Assembly (NCBI RefSeq): GCF_964204645.1
Contig: NC_134030.1
Location: 6,800,778-6,864,777 of the forward strand
Source: Tubulanus polymorphus
Lineage: Eukaryota > Animalia > Nemertea
Direction: 5' to 3'
DNA length: 64,000 nt
The notes beneath the pieces were generated by a model. It had not been told where the DNA came from. It was given only the letters and a program-made list of their open reading frames with translations, and searched no databases. Positions within the stretch are counted from its first letter, which is position 1. Each line of letters starts with the position of its first letter. This document shows, piece after piece, positions 60,452-64,000 of the stretch. Made by a program: the position numbers and the translations under genes.

Positions 60452-63400
60452 CTAAACTTCGAAAATGGTCAACGAGTTGTATGTTTTCTGTGACGTGATC
60501 TTCTCCACGAACGCCACCATCCGGTCAAGGAGTGAGTAACTGTTGGTAAGAGCCAAAGCCAAACTCGGTCGATACGCCACTGCTTTCAGGAAGTCCTCAA
60601 CTCTACCACCTATACGGACGATGATGATTTTGTTGTTGAGTTTTCTGAAGCGATGAGCTTCGCTTTGAAGAAGGGCCGAATTTTGCAGCCGTCCACCGGC
60701 TATAATGACGGTAAACTGATTCTTAGACCGGTTCGAGTGTTTTTCGAATATGTCCTGAAAATAAAAGATTGTTTATGAGATAAAATTATCGAACAATACA
60801 ATGAGTCCTAAGGCTTCTAACTCAAAAGATGTATCATTTATCATAAATTCTACGCTTTCCACATTATAAAAATAGATTTAAGATAAAATGAATTTCTCCT
60901 GCAAACCTTTCTTGCTTTGCGTAAAGTTTGACCGAACTCAACAGAACCTCGCGCGAACGACGCAGCCGCCAAACGTTGCGTGATTGCTGCCTTCGACCGG
61001 TCACCCAAGTTTACATAGGTGTTGTTGGCACCCATAACAGCAACACGAATCTTCTGCAAGTTCACCAGCTCTACATACGCCGCGACGAATATTTTGGCCA
61101 CCGTATATTCGTCACTGCTCGAACAAGTAGCGCCATTTATAATGAACACGACATCCGAAATGCAGGTAGCTTAAAGAATAAGATCAGAAATTTAATGACG
61201 ACTTAACTCAGTAATACCAGTAAAACTTCATCACAGAACTTCTACCAGGCTAAAACCTTTTAAACCCGATTAAACCTTTTGATCGAAAGAAGTGATTACA
61301 ATAAACGTACGTGGTTTTGGGCCCTTAGGTGGTAGCGTAGGTGTCACCGATGTGCGTCTCGACGTGGCTGTAATAATCAAGATTTTCATGGTGCAATCTA
61401 AGAGTAGTATTTGATTTTGATTACTCCGTAATTTCCAAGAGCAAAATGAGTTAACGAAATAACGAAGTATTGAATAGGATACAATGAAGCAAAGTAAGTT
61501 TTACCCGTCACGCTGTTTTCACATTGTCTTCCGCAGAAGCCACTGCGGCAATCACAAATGAAAGAGTGACCGATTGGAGTGCACCTTCCACCATTTTTAC
61601 ACGGATGACTAGAACATGGGTCTTCTGGCCCTTAAATAATAAAAAAATTATTGCTAACGTCAGTTCAAGAAATCTGAAGGACACTCATACAATTTATTTT
61701 ACTTATCTATTTCTAATCACCTATTTCACATCGTCTCCCTCGATAACTGTTAATGCAATCACAAATATACGACTGTCCAATTGGGTTACAGCTACCGCCA
61801 TTTTTACAAGGATTGGTAGAACAAGGGTCTTTTGGTCCTTAAAAGCGAATCACACATTCAATGTAGGATAAAGGTGCACGAACAAAGGGAAGAATGCGCC
61901 TGTTCTAGATTCTAGATTGATAACCTGAAACTAACCTGTGGTTGTAACTGTACTTTGATGTGGTGATGGAGACGGGGTATTCAGAGTAGTTGTAGATGTT
62001 GCTGGTGGAGAAGTTGTGGGAGAAGTCGATTTTGGGGGTTCTGTTGTTGTTATTGTTTTTTCCTGTCCTGGATACGAAGGAGTTGTCGTCTCCGTGGGCG
62101 TTTTTATCGTGGACTTGTTTTGTGCTGAAAATATTTCATTGAGTCTAACGTATGGAAAAATGACGTTTCAATTAGTATCATCTAAAATTTGTTCACTTAC
62201 GACAAATAACATTGCGCAGACCATGCGATATCAGAAGAAGTTTGTCGTAGGATACAATCGGTACGACCCAGGTTCGTTGAAACGCCGCAGCTCGCAGTTT
62301 GTCGTTGATCTCCCCACGTCCAACGCGTATGAATATGACTTTATCGCCGCTTTGACGATATTTAGCACCTTCCCGCTGTAGATGTTCATTATCATGAGGC
62401 TGTCCATCGGTAATTATGATCGTAAATCGTGGATCATTTTTGCGAGACTCGTTGAATGTTTTCTGGAAATTCGGAATTTCCTAGAGTCAAGTATTTTCGA
62501 AGAGGGAATATCATTTCTGGTCTTAGAGAAAGAAAAATGAACAGAACTTACTAATCTCGCAAATTCCATGCCGTTGCCGATGGAAGTCTTGCCCGTTACG
62601 AATGGGATTTTGTCTATTTTCTTTATTACGGAAGGCCTATCGACATCGGTGAAACTGACAAACTGCTTAGTAGTCGCCTTATCACTGAACCTTATCACGG
62701 CGACCCGTACCCGTGTCTTTCCTAGTTCAACAGAGCTGATGAATCTATTAATGAATCTTTTGCCATCGGTGAAATCACTTTTTCTGAGATCTGACGAACT
62801 GTCGAGCAAAAATACCACATCTGCGACACACCCTGCTTACAAAAAGAAGGATTGATCGTTTTATAACGGTACTAATAACACATACAATTCGATTCAAGCA
62901 CGTTGGATTATTACCGGTCGATGGACTTTCAGTGGTTGTTTTGGACTGGCTAAACGGACATGTATTGGTGGCTTCACTGGTACTAATTGTTGTAGTTGTA
63001 GGATGTCGCGTCACTGGTCCTGCGACTAGAGTTAACGACAAAAAAAATAAAAAAGCTACTTGAATACATTTTCATCTAGATATCAAGCCGTTTCATTTTC
63101 TACTCACGACACGTCAAATTATGCAGAGCAGGTAGGGCCTGTCTTAGATCGCTATAATGCTTCAGACGAACAACAAGATCAAAATTGAATGCCGCTTGTT
63201 GCAGTATGGAATTGTCTTTAGCGCCACCGATTTGGAAGAAGATAATCTTGTTACTATTTTTCCTGAAGATCTCGGCTTCTTTTTGCATGTTGGCATTGTT
63301 AGTCGGCAAGCCATCGGTTATAATGACAGTCATACGCTCGATACCTTTTCTTGTATTGGTGAAAAGTTGCTGAAGAACGAATACAAAATAATATCAGTAA

Positions 63401-64000
63401 TTACAAACATACTTAATAGGTTAAATGAGGAAGTTAACTTGTCATACCGTTCTTGCAATTTTCATAGCGTGACCGATGAAAGCCATTCCTTTGACAAATT
63501 CCATACTATCGATTTTACGTTCGACCATCTCCTTATCATGCTCACTCAAGTTTACAAATACTTTCGTCGAGCCCATGTCGCTGAATCTGATAACGCCGAT
63601 CTGAGTATGATTACTACCGAGTCGAACTGAATTGACGAACGCTTTCACGAAATTCTTGACATCTACGAACGAAGACTTTTTCACTCTATTTGAAGTATCA
63701 ATGAGGAATCCTATATCAACTCGACAGTCGGGTTGAGACGGAGGCGTCGTTTTGGTACTACTAGGCGTAGTTGTTTTGCTCTGTACAACCTCTGTTGTGT
63801 TATCAAATTTAACCGGCGTTGTTGTTGTATTTCCAGATTTAATCGGTGTCGTTGTTGTATTTCCAGATTTAATCGGCGTGGTTGTTGTATTTCCAGATTT
63901 AATCGGCGTTGGTGTGTTATCAGATTTAACCGGTGTTGTTGTTGTATTTCCAGATTTAATCGGCATTGTTGTTGTATTTCCAGATTTAATCGGCATTGTT
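60452..64000 (-). CDS. VWA / EGF / Thr-rich extracellular matrix protein (matrilin- or collagen-VI-like), 5' end outside window
   Basis: Three VWA domains (VDIGFLIDTS..IGVIRFSD, DVVFLLDSSS..VAVIRFSD, DVVFIINGAT), two EGF exons (DPCSTNPCKNGGSC, DPCSSHPCKNGGRC at ~61505-61837), Thr/Pro-rich linkers; stop TAG at 60452-60454. Confidence 0.88.
63790..64000 (-). repeat. Coding ~27-30-bp tandem repeat (PIKSGNTTTT units)
   Basis: Repeated CCAGATTTAATCGG units translating to a mucin-like segment. Confidence 0.9.

Overview
AT-rich, intron-dense genomic DNA from an invertebrate animal (eukaryotic: GT-AG introns, microsatellites, many MITEs; no prokaryotic features, no CRISPR). Exon models were built by hand from splice sites and reading phase. 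Well-supported genes: HMBS (porphobilinogen deaminase, minus), carrying a U12-type intron and an antisense nested apolipoprotein-L-like gene; ARCN1 (delta-COP, plus, head-to-head with HMBS); TBCEL (minus); a class I/II PLP aminotransferase (minus); a 19-exon armadillo-type repeat protein with one phase-1 exon per repeat (plus); and the 3' part of a VWA/EGF/Thr-rich matrix protein (minus). Most novel-looking: a 4-exon secreted precursor (52679-58927), missed by the ORF track, with two tandem CxC-x12-C-x8-C peptides separated by a KRGRR site. Also: two small signal-peptide genes sharing a W-x-x-D-Y-x-N-x-P motif; an inverted pair of minimal hammerhead-ribozyme motifs in an intron; a foldback element loaded with promoter motifs next to the HMBS/ARCN1 promoter; and a MITE family with 6-bp target-site duplications.
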